Source: Alphaproteobacteria bacterium MarineAlpha10_Bin2
GTDB taxonomy: Bacteria > Pseudomonadota > Alphaproteobacteria > UBA828
DNA: 35,713 bases
NCBI GenBank assembly: GCA_002937555.1
Contig: PTKB01000003.1
Span: forward strand, 1 to 35,713
Direction: 5' to 3'
Each line of letters opens with the position of its first letter. The stretch's first letter is position 1. The notes beneath the pieces were generated by a model. That model had not been told where the DNA came from, did no database searches, and worked only from the letters and a program-made list of their open reading frames with translations. Below, piece by piece: positions 9,073-18,049 of this stretch. A program made the position numbers and the translations under genes.

Positions 9073-10005
9073 TTATCCGCCCGTCATCAGGATAAGCATA
9101 AGAGACAGGCTCACAAGAGAGACTGCGGTGGTAACGACGATCGCCGCCGAAGCGTCTTCGAGGCGGACTCCATAGTGGCCGGCGATGACGAAGGCGTTGG
9201 CGCCCACCGGCATGCCGGCCATCAGAACCGCGACGACCGCCCAGAGCGGCTCGAGCGGAAATACGAATAGAGTCAACAGCCAGACCACGAGCGGAAACAG
9301 CGCCAGTTTAGCGACGCTGGATAGCGCGGCGAAGGCAAGCAGAGTGGCGACCGGCCGACCAGCGAGGAAAAGGCCGATGGCGACGAGGGCGGCCGGCGCC
9401 GCGGCCTGGCCAAGAAGGCCCAACAATCTCTCGATCGAAAGCGGCAAAGTTGCGCCCGTCAGCGACAACAGCAAGCCAATCACCACCGCCCACAGCAATG
9501 GATTGGTGCAAAGCGCCTTGGCGGTATTGAGGAGCACTCCGCCCGACGCCCGGGCGCGGGTGATTTCCAAGATCAGCACCGCGCCGGTCATGATCAACAC
9601 CGAATTGATCAACACGCTGAGACTGGCCGGAACCACCGCCGGTGCGCCGAACGCGGTTGCGGCAAGCGGTATGCCGAGATAACCATTGTTGTCATAGCTG
9701 GCGATGACGCCGCGCATGGCCGAGCCGGCCAGATGATCCTTGAAGAGTAAGCGTCCGGCTAAACCAGCGGCAATCCAGGTTACGATGATGCCGATGGAAA
9801 AGACGGCAATGAAATTCCAATTGATGATCTCGTCCGCCGGCACGCCGGCCAAGCTAACGATCATCAGCGCCGGCATGGCGAGGTAATAGACAAAATTATT
9901 GAGCGCCGGGAAGATGGCGCCACCGAGAATATTAAACCGTGCCGCGCCGTAGCCGATGGCGATCAAGGCGAATGCCGGGAGCACCGCTGTCAGCAGCGTC
10001 TCCAT
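9073..10005 (-). CDS. AEC (auxin efflux carrier) family transporter
   Basis: LNNFVYYLAMPAL, NNGYLGIPL, NPLLWAVVIG, GQAAAPAALVAIG, AGMPVGAN; about 10 hydrophobic segments. Confidence 0.88.
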   Translation of the reverse strand: METLLTAVLPAFALIAIGYGAARFNILGGAIFPALNNFVYYLAMPALMIVSLAGVPADEIINWNFIAVFSIGIIVTWIAAGLAGRLLFKDHLAGSAMRGVIASYDNNGYLGIPLAATAFGAPAVVPASLSVLINSVLIMTGAVLILEITRARASGGVLLNTAKALCTNPLLWAVVIGLLLSLTGATLPLSIERLLGLLGQAAAPAALVAIGLFLAGRPVATLLAFAALSSVAKLALFPLVVWLLTLFVFPLEPLWAVVAVLMAGMPVGANAFVIAGHYGVRLEDASAAIVVTTAVSLVSLSLMLILMTGG

Positions 10006-10020
10006 TGCAGGGTCGCAGCG

Positions 10021-11697
10021 TTAGGCGTCGAAACGGTCGATCACGACACCCGGCGGCGTGGCGGCAACATAGTCCTTGCCGTCGAACACATGTTGGCCGT
10101 TTACCCACACGCCATGCACGCCCTCGGAATCGCGCGTGAGGCGGCTTTCTCCGCCGGGTAAATCGAAGGCGCGGCGCAACGGCCCGCGCGTCACCGTCGC
10201 CGGGTCGAACAGCAACAGATCGGCATGGGCGCCGGGAGCGATACGTCCACGATCGGTAATGCGGTAGAGATCGGCGGGCAAGCTGGTCAGGCGTCGAATG
10301 GCATCGGCCAAATCAAATGACCCACGCTCGCGCACCCAATGTCCGAGCAAATGGAGGCCATACGCCGCATCGCAGAGATAGCGCAGATGCGCGCCGGCAT
10401 CCGACAGACTGATCAAGCTGCCGGGCTCCTGCATGAGCTTCTCGACTTCGTCTTCGTTGGAATTCATCAGGCCGGCGGTAAAGACCGTCTCCAGACCCTC
10501 ATCCGCGGAGAGATCGAAAAAGGCATCGATGGGATCCTTGCCCTGGCGTTCGGCGACTTGCTCGATGTTCAGCCCTTCCAAACTCTGGTTCTCCGGCCGC
10601 GCCGCCATGGCGACCTCAACATTCGACCAATCGCCAAAGAACAATTTGCCTTTCTGCGGCACGTCCAAATCGTGGCGGAAGCGGCGGCGGAATTCCGCGT
10701 CGCGGATTTGACGCTCAAAACTTTCATTGTCGACATTGATCAGCGGCCGCCATGAATCCAGGCTTTGCATCGGGAAGGCGGCGGTCAGGGCGAAATCCAT
10801 GCTGAGGCTTTGGCAGGACACTTGCGCCCAAAGTTGGTTTCCGCGTGCCTGAGCGGCGGCGGAATCGGACACCATCTGGGGCGCGCGCTCAGGGAACGCC
10901 TCGTTATAGAGCGCCGCAGTCTGGAACACGGGGCAGTTATTGTCGTGCGCCAGCGATTCCATCACTTCGGAGGTCATGCTCGGCCCGACGGTGAGTTGGA
11001 ACACGCCCCGGCCCTTTTCACCGAGTACGCCCACCAGGCTGCGCATCTCGCTTTCCTCGGCGAGGCGTGAGGGCATCGGCACGCCGCCATCGCCGTAATG
11101 ATTGATCGAGGTGGAAGTGGAGAAGCCGATGGCACCGGCGTCGATGCCGCCGCGCACCAGATCCCGCATTTCCGCCACTTCATCCTCGCGCGCCGCACGC
11201 TCGGAAGCTTCCGGCCCCATCACCATGGTGCGCACGGCGGAATGGCCGATAAAGGCGGCCACGTTCGGCGTCACGCCCTTGCGTCTGAGCAGCGCCAAAT
11301 ATTCGTCGAAGCTTTCGAAATCCCAATTTGTGCCGCTGCGAAGCGCGGTCAGCGACATGCCCTCGACCTCGGCCAGATTGCGCGCAATCAGATCGCGGCA
11401 ATCGGGCGGGCACGGCGCGATGGAAAAGCCGCAATTGCCGACGACAACGGTCGTCACGCCCATCGAGGGCGAGGGCGTGGCGTTCGAATCCCAAGTCAGC
11501 TGCGCGTCGTAATGGGTGTGCACATCGACGATGCCGGGGGCGAGCACCAGCCCGTCGCCGTCGACGCTCTCCTTGGCGCCGCCGTTCAATTTTCCGACTT
11601 CGGAAATGCGGCCATCTTTGACCGCTACATCCGCCGTCCTGAGCGGCGCGCCCGTGCCGTCGGCAACTTCTGCGCCTTTGATGACAAGATCATACAT
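10021..11697 (-). CDS. N-acyl-D-amino-acid deacylase family amidohydrolase
   Basis: PGIVDVHTHYD, GVTTVVVGNCG, SDAGAH, RGRIAPGAHADL. Confidence 0.88.
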   Translation of the reverse strand: MYDLVIKGAEVADGTGAPLRTADVAVKDGRISEVGKLNGGAKESVDGDGLVLAPGIVDVHTHYDAQLTWDSNATPSPSMGVTTVVVGNCGFSIAPCPPDCRDLIARNLAEVEGMSLTALRSGTNWDFESFDEYLALLRRKGVTPNVAAFIGHSAVRTMVMGPEASERAAREDEVAEMRDLVRGGIDAGAIGFSTSTSINHYGDGGVPMPSRLAEESEMRSLVGVLGEKGRGVFQLTVGPSMTSEVMESLAHDNNCPVFQTAALYNEAFPERAPQMVSDSAAAQARGNQLWAQVSCQSLSMDFALTAAFPMQSLDSWRPLINVDNESFERQIRDAEFRRRFRHDLDVPQKGKLFFGDWSNVEVAMAARPENQSLEGLNIEQVAERQGKDPIDAFFDLSADEGLETVFTAGLMNSNEDEVEKLMQEPGSLISLSDAGAHLRYLCDAAYGLHLLGHWVRERGSFDLADAIRRLTSLPADLYRITDRGRIAPGAHADLLLFDPATVTRGPLRRAFDLPGGESRLTRDSEGVHGVWVNGQHVFDGKDYVAATPPGVVIDRFDA

Positions 11698-11717
11698 GGT
11701 AATTCCCGCCGTTCGGT

Positions 11718-12311
11718 TCAGGGCGCTTCGACGATCTTTACGCCGATCATCGAATCCCGCGTCACCAGCTTGGCCAGTTCCTCCCGGCTCATGCCGTCAG
11801 TGCTGGCTGGCCGTCTGGGCAGCACCAGATAGCGCATGTCGGCGGTGTTGTCGTGCACCCGCACCTCGACATCCGCGCTCGGCTCGGTGCCGAATTCCTT
11901 CAACACCATGCGCGGCTCGCGCACGACGCGGGAGCGGTAGTTTACCGACTTGTACCAATCCGGCGGAATGCCCATCAACATGCGCGGGAAGCAGGAGCAA
12001 AGGGTGCAGACGATGACGTTGTGCACCGTCTCGGTGCTTTCCACCACCATCAGGCGCGTCGGTCCCATATCGAGGCCGATGCTCTCACAGGCTGCCGTAC
12101 CGTCGGCCAGCAGGCGCGCTTTGAAATCCGGATCGGTCCAGGCTTGTGCCACCACCGCCGCACCGATGTCCGGCGTGCGTTTGGCCATGGCATCGATCTC
12201 CGCTTCCATATCGGCTGCGCTGAAATAGCCCTTGTCGATCAAAAGTGCGCTGACGGCGAGTTCCATCGCCTGATAGTGATCGAGGACGCTGTCCTCCGAA
12301 CGCATGGTCAT
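11718..12311 (-). CDS. Nitrile hydratase alpha / thiocyanate hydrolase gamma (ScnC)-like subunit, Co-type motif
   Basis: Metal-binding claw VIVCTLCSCF, PPDWYKS..YRSRVVREPR, VHD.TADMRYLVLP.RP. Confidence 0.93.
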   Translation of the reverse strand: MTMRSEDSVLDHYQAMELAVSALLIDKGYFSAADMEAEIDAMAKRTPDIGAAVVAQAWTDPDFKARLLADGTAACESIGLDMGPTRLMVVESTETVHNVIVCTLCSCFPRMLMGIPPDWYKSVNYRSRVVREPRMVLKEFGTEPSADVEVRVHDNTADMRYLVLPRRPASTDGMSREELAKLVTRDSMIGVKIVEAP

Positions 12312-12598
12312 GTGTTTTCCTCCGACTCAAGCCAGTGCTCGTACAGCTCCACATCGATGGTATCGCCGGCGGAGCCGGAATAATCCGACCACACCCGGGA
12401 TTGGGCGAAGCGCACGCGGTAGAGCGGGCGCTTGGGTAGGCCGTCGCGTCCGAACGCGAGTTCCTCCGGATTGGCGAAGGAATCGAGCACCTGGGCTATA
12501 TGGCCGGATTTACCGCGGATGTAATAGGGCGTGCGCACATGGCCTGGCGGAAAGGCGCGCCGCACGGTGACATTGTCTCCAGGCACGAAACGGGCCAT
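12308..12598 (-). CDS. Nitrile hydratase beta C-terminal (SH3-like) / ScnA-like subunit
   Basis: RFVPGD.V, GHVRTPYYIRGK.G, PEELAFG, LYRVRF, ELYEHWLE. Confidence 0.9.
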   Translation of the reverse strand: MARFVPGDNVTVRRAFPPGHVRTPYYIRGKSGHIAQVLDSFANPEELAFGRDGLPKRPLYRVRFAQSRVWSDYSGSAGDTIDVELYEHWLESEENT

Positions 12599-12933
12599 CA
12601 GCCTCTGTCTCCCGCTGCGCGCGCCGTGTCTTCGACTTCGGCCATTTTGCGGCCCAACTCGTCGGAAGAAATAATGCCTTTTTCCAATAAATTGTGTGTG
12701 ATCGAGGAGACCCAGCGTTCGTAATAGGTCATCTTTGAATAGTTTTCCGCGCCCAGTTCCTCGATGCCGCGGCGCAACTCATCGACGCCGATGACGCGGC
12801 GCTTCGAGTTGGAGAGCAGCATCATCAGCGCGTCCACACGCTTTTCCCATTCCGGATGGGAATGCCCGCCCCGGTCCACCGGGCCGGCATCGCGCCCGCC
12901 CATATCGTGATGCATGCGTCCGGCGTTTGCCAT
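12598..12933 (-). CDS. Nitrile hydratase beta N-terminal / ScnB-like subunit
   Basis: HHDMGG, WEKRVDAL, DELRRGIEEL, YYERW, LLEKGII; ATG at 12933 with an AGAGGG RBS. Confidence 0.88.
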   Translation of the reverse strand: MANAGRMHHDMGGRDAGPVDRGGHSHPEWEKRVDALMMLLSNSKRRVIGVDELRRGIEELGAENYSKMTYYERWVSSITHNLLEKGIISSDELGRKMAEVEDTARAAGDRG

Positions 12934-12993
12934 GTCATTCAACCCTCTCTGCCGTGCCGCATCATGCTACCCGGCGATGCCCGGCAGGCAAGC

Positions 12994-13824
12994 CTAATCG
13001 CCTTCGCCAGGCGGCCAAATGACGGGAAACCAATCTTCGCGCAGGCGCTCGCCGGTTTTCTGCCCGATGCCGGGATAAGGCGGCGAGGTGCGGCCCGGAC
13101 GCTCAACGAAACGGGCGTCTTCGCCAAGCCAGCGCGGCGCGAAACCGCGCCGGCGCCCGGCTCCCGGATTGGCCGGCGCGCCGTGCACAGTGCTGAAGTG
13201 AAAGAGAATCACATCGCCCGGCGCGAGTTCATAACTGCGGATATCGTATTTCTCGCGTTCGCGGTCGATGCTGGGGATGGTTTCGAAGCCGCCGCCGTCA
13301 TAGGCGTAGTCCGTGTCGTCGGCGAAACGGCGCGGATAGAACAGTTTTCCCCAGCGGTGCGAGCCGGCGATGAATTCGGGACAGACGTCGCGCGGCACCG
13401 GGTCGAGGGGGATCCAAAAGCTCACGGTCTGGCGGCCGTCGACGCAGTAATAGGGCGCGTCCTGGTGCCAGGGCGTGCGCTTGGCGGTGCCCGGTTCCTT
13501 GACCAAGACATGTTCGTGAAAAAATTGCGCGCTTGGGGACTGCATCACCGCCGCAGCGACGGCGGCGGCGGGCGATTCATAGACGAAGGCGCGGTATTCG
13601 GGGATGCGCTCCCAGTTGCAATAATCATCGAAGAATCTGCCCTGCCCCTCGCCATGCTCGCCGGCATAGGGACCCGGCTCGGCGAGGTTGCGCTCGACGC
13701 CGTCGCGCAAAGCATCGAGCCAGTCGCCGGCAAAAAGGCCGCGCAGGACGCCGACGCCGTCGCGTTGGTATCCGGCGACGTCGTCCTCGCCGACAAGCGC
13801 GGTTAACCGATCCCGTCCGACCAT
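12994..13824 (-). CDS. Phytanoyl-CoA dioxygenase (PhyH) family Fe(II)/2OG dioxygenase
   Basis: Y.RDGV..LRG, TPWHQD (HxD), WIPLD, PGDVILFH.STVHGA, RRR. Confidence 0.88.
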   Translation of the reverse strand: MVGRDRLTALVGEDDVAGYQRDGVGVLRGLFAGDWLDALRDGVERNLAEPGPYAGEHGEGQGRFFDDYCNWERIPEYRAFVYESPAAAVAAAVMQSPSAQFFHEHVLVKEPGTAKRTPWHQDAPYYCVDGRQTVSFWIPLDPVPRDVCPEFIAGSHRWGKLFYPRRFADDTDYAYDGGGFETIPSIDREREKYDIRSYELAPGDVILFHFSTVHGAPANPGAGRRRGFAPRWLGEDARFVERPGRTSPPYPGIGQKTGERLREDWFPVIWPPGEGD

Positions 13825-14695
13825 TGGGCTATTTTCTCGCCGACTTCATGGGGAAAATCCTCGGCGACATAATGGCCGCTTTCGCCGAGAAATACATCTT
13901 CGAGATTGGGGAAATCGCGGCGGCACATCTCCACCGTCTCGGGCGGAACAATGGCGCCGGGCTGGACGTGAAACAGCAGCTTTGGCAGCGCGGATTTCTT
14001 TAGCTCGGCGACATAATTGCTGATGATTTCTGCCGTGCCCGCGGGCTTGCCCTCGATCGGCAGCTCCTGCGGCCACACCCAGAGCGGCTTGCGGTGGGCG
14101 ACATCGCGGAACGGTTCGAGATAAGTGTTCATTTCCGCCTCCGACAGATCGCGGTGAATGCCGTAAGGCAGAATCTCTTCCATGAAGACGTTCTTCTCGA
14201 CAATCAGTTCCCAACTCACGCCTTCGGTGCGGAACTGTTTAAAGCCTTCGGCCAGATCCTGCGGCCAATCGTCCCAACTGGGGAAGGTGCGGACGAAGGT
14301 TTCCATGAACGCCAGGCCGCGGATGTTGTCCTGGTGGCGCATGGCGTAGTTGAGGCCGAGGCCGCCGCCCCAGTCGTGCAGCACCAGGGTGATGTCCTTT
14401 AAGCCGAGGGGGCTTCGATGAAGCCTTCGATATAGCCGTGGTGATCGGCGTAATCATAGTTGATGTCGGGCTTGGCGGATTTTCCGAAGCCGATCAGGTC
14501 GGGTGCGATGCAACGGCCGCGGCCTTCGAGGTGCGGGATGACGTTGCGCCACATATAGGACCAGGTGAAATTGCCGTGCAGCAAGAGGAACGGTTTGCCC
14601 TCGCCGACATCGGCGTAATGCATAGCTGCGCCGTTGATCTCGATGAAATTGGGCTCGAAGGGATAGTCGGCCGAAAACGGCCCGCGGCCTGTCAT
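13803..14695 (-). pseudogene. Haloalkane dehalogenase (DhaA/LinB, HLD-II-like) split by a frameshift at about 14408-14412
   Basis: N-terminal half: LLLHGNFTWSYMWRNVIP, APDLIGFGKSAKP. C-terminal half in another frame: LKDITLVLHDWG, FME, GHYVAED. The break falls in a C5 run (minus strand) where EALGLKDI would be expected. Could be a sequencing error. Confidence 0.85.
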
Positions 14696-14751
14696 GTATC
14701 GTTCTCCCTGGCTCTTTGGATTGCGCACGCGACGCGGGCGCGGCCGGCATG

Positions 14752-14776
14752 GTATCAGATTATCTGGATAAGATAC
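14752..14776. promoter_or_regulatory. Imperfect palindrome in the divergent promoter region (putative operator)
   Basis: GTATCAGATTATCTGGATAAGATAC contains CAGAT-T-ATCTG and TTATC-TG-GATAA, with GTATC/GATAC ends. Confidence 0.4.
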
Positions 14777-14790
14777 TTCGGGACCGAACC

Positions 14791-16242
14791 ATGGCCGATC
14801 AAAACAATGCGAGCGAACTCTATCGCCTCAGCGCCGCCGACGCTGTTACCTTCTTGCGGAAGGGTGAAATTTCTCCTGTAGAACTGGTCGAGGCATCGGC
14901 GGCTCGCATCGAGGCGACGGACGGCGCGCTGAATGCCCTGCCGACACTCTGCATCGAACGCGCGCGGGCACACGCCGAGCGCATCATGAAGAACGGCGGC
15001 ACCGGACGGCGCGATCCGGCCTGGCTCGGCGGTCTGCCGATTTCGGTCAAGGACCTGGTGCCGGTCGAGGGCGTGCGCACGACATGGGGCTCGCCGCTCT
15101 ACGCCGATCATGTGCCGGCGCGCTCCGACATTATGGTGGAACGGCTGGAGGCCAATGGCGCGATCGTCATGGGCAAGAGCAACACGCCGGAATTCGGCGC
15201 CGGCGCCAGCACCTTCAACGAAGTGTTCGGCAAGACGCGCAATCCGTGGAACACCGACAAGAGCTGCGGCGGCTCGTCCGGCGGGGCGGCGGTTTCGCTG
15301 GCTGCCGGCCAAGTGTGGATGGCGACCGGCTCCGACCTCGGCGGCAGCCTGCGCATTCCGGCGAGCTATTGTTCGGTCACGGGCTTGCGGCCGAGCCCGG
15401 GCCGGGTGGCGCACGGGCCGGCGGACTTGCCCTACGACACGCTTATGGTCGACGGGCCGATGGGCCGCGATGCGCTCGATACGGCGCTCTTCCTCGACGC
15501 CATGTGCGGCGCCCATGTGGAAGACCCGATCTCCCTCGCCGCCCCGGCAGAACCCTTTGCCCAGGCGGTGCGCGAGAAGGAAAAACACGCGCCGAAGCGG
15601 GTCGCCTACAGTCCTGATCTCGGAGAATTTCCGGTCGATAGCGAAGTGGCCGAAATATGCGCCGCCGCCGCCCAGCGCTTTCAAGCCATCGGAGCGGAGG
15701 TCGAAGATGGCGGCCCGAGCTTCAAGGGCGCGGTGGACATATTCCAGACGCTGCGCGCGGTGCTGTTCTCGGCGATGAAGGCCGACATGCTGCGGACCCG
15801 CCGCGACGCGCTGAAACCGGAGCTGATTTGGAATATCGAAAAGGGCTTGGCGCTCCAATCGGACGAGATCGGCGCGGCGGAAATCGCCCGCGGCAAGCTT
15901 TATCGGCGCATGGCGAAATTTTTTGCCAATCATGACTTGTTGCTCTGCCCGACCGTCATCGTGCCGCCGTTCGATGTCGACATCCGCTATGTCGAAGAGG
16001 TGAACGGCCATAAGTTCGACAATTACGTCGATTGGCTGGGCATTACCTTTGTGATCTCGCTAACCGGCTGCGCCGCTATTTCGACACCGGCGGGATTTAC
16101 CAAGGACGGCTTGCCGGTCGGTCTGCAAATCGTCGGCCCGCCCGGCGCCGAAGCGCGCGCCCTCGCCGCGGCGGCGTTGATGGAAGAGCAGATGGGATTG
16201 TCCGGCCACGTCCCGATTGCTCCGAAGAGCCCGGGTGGTTAG
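14791..16242 (+). CDS. Amidase signature family amidase
   Basis: GLPISVKD, GKSNTPEFG, GGSSGG, GSDLGGSLRIPA (Ser-cisSer-Lys triad), GLPVGLQIVG. Confidence 0.93.
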   Translation: MADQNNASELYRLSAADAVTFLRKGEISPVELVEASAARIEATDGALNALPTLCIERARAHAERIMKNGGTGRRDPAWLGGLPISVKDLVPVEGVRTTWGSPLYADHVPARSDIMVERLEANGAIVMGKSNTPEFGAGASTFNEVFGKTRNPWNTDKSCGGSSGGAAVSLAAGQVWMATGSDLGGSLRIPASYCSVTGLRPSPGRVAHGPADLPYDTLMVDGPMGRDALDTALFLDAMCGAHVEDPISLAAPAEPFAQAVREKEKHAPKRVAYSPDLGEFPVDSEVAEICAAAAQRFQAIGAEVEDGGPSFKGAVDIFQTLRAVLFSAMKADMLRTRRDALKPELIWNIEKGLALQSDEIGAAEIARGKLYRRMAKFFANHDLLLCPTVIVPPFDVDIRYVEEVNGHKFDNYVDWLGITFVISLTGCAAISTPAGFTKDGLPVGLQIVGPPGAEARALAAAALMEEQMGLSGHVPIAPKSPGG

Positions 16243-16760
16243 GCAGGGCTCGCAGCTTCCATGCGGTTGCGCACGAGATACCAGACGATCAACGCGCCGA
16301 CCAATTTGCTTGCCGTCATCGCCAACACGGCGGGGGCGGAAAGCCAGCCCATGATGCCGAGGAAAACGATGGTATCGAGGGGCGTCGCCAGGACGCTGGA
16401 AAACAATATGCGTTGCGCGAACGACCGCTTGGTGAAGCTGTAAACGAGCCAATCTGCCAGCTCGCTAATTGCGAAGGCTGCGACCGAGGCATAGGCCACG
16501 AATGGATCGGCCAAGAAATATGAAAGGACTCCCGCGACCAGCATGGCGGCCAGTACCCAATGGCCGATGACGCGTTGCGCGAAGTCCCGCGCGATAAAGA
16601 TTAAGCCAACGACCAACGCCACCGGCGGCCACATTTCGCCGCCACCCATGTCGACCGGCTGCACCACGATGAACAGCCAGTTCACCAGGACGATCAAGCC
16701 GATGTAAATCGCCGCCCAGAACAAGGCGGCCGGCCGCATGATCTCCGACAAAGTGGGCAC
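16239..16760 (-). CDS. VUT/YhhQ-like family transporter (possible queuosine precursor transporter)
   Basis: IVLVNWLF, GLIFIARDFAQ, ASVAAFAISELADWLVY, RILFSS...TPLDT. GTG start at 16760 with an AGGAG RBS; lies directly after queF. Confidence 0.75.
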   Translation of the reverse strand: MPTLSEIMRPAALFWAAIYIGLIVLVNWLFIVVQPVDMGGGEMWPPVALVVGLIFIARDFAQRVIGHWVLAAMLVAGVLSYFLADPFVAYASVAAFAISELADWLVYSFTKRSFAQRILFSSVLATPLDTIVFLGIMGWLSAPAVLAMTASKLVGALIVWYLVRNRMEAASPA

Positions 16761-16771
16761 GCTAGTTTCTC

Positions 16772-17245
16772 CTAACCTCTGCCGCGATAGGGCGCGACGC
16801 CCTGATCCGGCAGCCATAGATCCTTCGGCGGCGGTCCGGATTGATAGAAAACATCGATCGGTATGCCGCCGCGCGGATACCAATAGCCGCCGATCCGGAG
16901 CCAGCGCGGCGCCAGCACGTCTTCGAGACGCTTGGCGATGGCGACCGTGCAATCCTCATGAAAAGCGCCGTGATTGCGGAACGACGCCAGATAAAATTTT
17001 AGCGACTTACTCTCGACCAAGCGCGCGTCGGGAACGTAATCGATGACCAAATGAGCGAAGTCCGGCTGTCCGGTAATCGGGCATATAGAGGTAAATTCCG
17101 GGCAGGTAAAGCGCACGAGGTAATTCGTCTCGCCATGCGGGTTGGGCACGCTTTCGAGCACCGCTGCATCCGGCGATTCCGGCAGTTCCACCTTTTGGCC
17201 GAGTTGGCTCAGGCCCTTTAGCTCTTCTTCGGTCATCGCCGTCAT
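16772..17245 (-). CDS. queF: NADPH-dependent preQ0 reductase (short type)
   Basis: [45 protein letters not shown]. Confidence 0.96.
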   Translation of the reverse strand: MTAMTEEELKGLSQLGQKVELPESPDAAVLESVPNPHGETNYLVRFTCPEFTSICPITGQPDFAHLVIDYVPDARLVESKSLKFYLASFRNHGAFHEDCTVAIAKRLEDVLAPRWLRIGGYWYPRGGIPIDVFYQSGPPPKDLWLPDQGVAPYRGRG

Positions 17246-18039
17246 CTGCCCTTGAAATCGGCCGGGCGTTTCTCGCGGAAGGCGGTGGTGCCTTCGTTGA
17301 TGTCTTCGGTGCGGCCGAGATCGTAAAACGAGCGCGATTCGAGCTTGAGCGCATCACCCATCGGCATGTCGAAAGAGCGCAACATGACATGCTTGGCGTA
17401 GCGTTGCGCGAGCGGCGCACGGCTGGCCAGCACTTCCGCAAACTCGAGGCTGCGCGCGACTAAATCCGCGAGCGGATAAATTCGGTTCACCAGTCCGATT
17501 TTCTCGGCATGGGCCGCATCGATGCGCTCGCCCGAGAGGATCATTTCCATGGCGTTGCCGAGGCCGACGATTTGCGGCAGGCGCACGCAGCCGCCGTCGC
17601 ACGGGTGGAAGCCCCAATTGACGTCTTGATGGGCGAACTCGGCGTTGGGCGAACAGAAGCGGATGTCGCAGGCCTCGGCAAGCTCCAGCCCGCCCGAGAT
17701 GGCGAAACCGTTGATCGCCGCGACGATGGGCTTGTCGATCTCGAGCCCGCGGGTGATGCCGCCGAATCCGGTGCCATCGGTGTAGCGTTCGCGGAATTCG
17801 GCCGCCGGGCGGGTGGCGTAATCGATGGTGTAGCTCTTGAGGTCGGCGCCGGCGCAAAACGCCTTGTCGCCGGCGCCGGTGATCACCGCCGCGCGTGCGT
17901 CCCCGTCGGCGGCGAATTCGCGCCATATATCGGTCAGCCGGTCATTGGCGGCGAAATCGAGCGAATTCATTTTGTCGGCGCGGTCGATGGTGATCAGCCG
18001 CACCCGCCCGTGCTTCTCATAGAGAATATCATCCGCCAT
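17242..18039 (-). CDS. Enoyl-CoA hydratase/isomerase (crotonase) family protein
   Basis: [35 protein letters not shown]; likely start ATG 18039. Confidence 0.9.
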   Translation of the reverse strand: MADDILYEKHGRVRLITIDRADKMNSLDFAANDRLTDIWREFAADGDARAAVITGAGDKAFCAGADLKSYTIDYATRPAAEFRERYTDGTGFGGITRGLEIDKPIVAAINGFAISGGLELAEACDIRFCSPNAEFAHQDVNWGFHPCDGGCVRLPQIVGLGNAMEMILSGERIDAAHAEKIGLVNRIYPLADLVARSLEFAEVLASRAPLAQRYAKHVMLRSFDMPMGDALKLESRSFYDLGRTEDINEGTTAFREKRPADFKGR

Positions 18040-18049
18040 GGTTACGCCC

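Noticed and set aside
12308-12933. Split NHase beta subunit as a frameshift artefact
   Set aside because: Clean stop/start overlaps and an ScnB/ScnA-like domain boundary indicate a genuine three-subunit design.
17242-17300. preQ1 riboswitch upstream of queF
   Set aside because: The queF start overlaps the upstream CDS, so there is no leader region.
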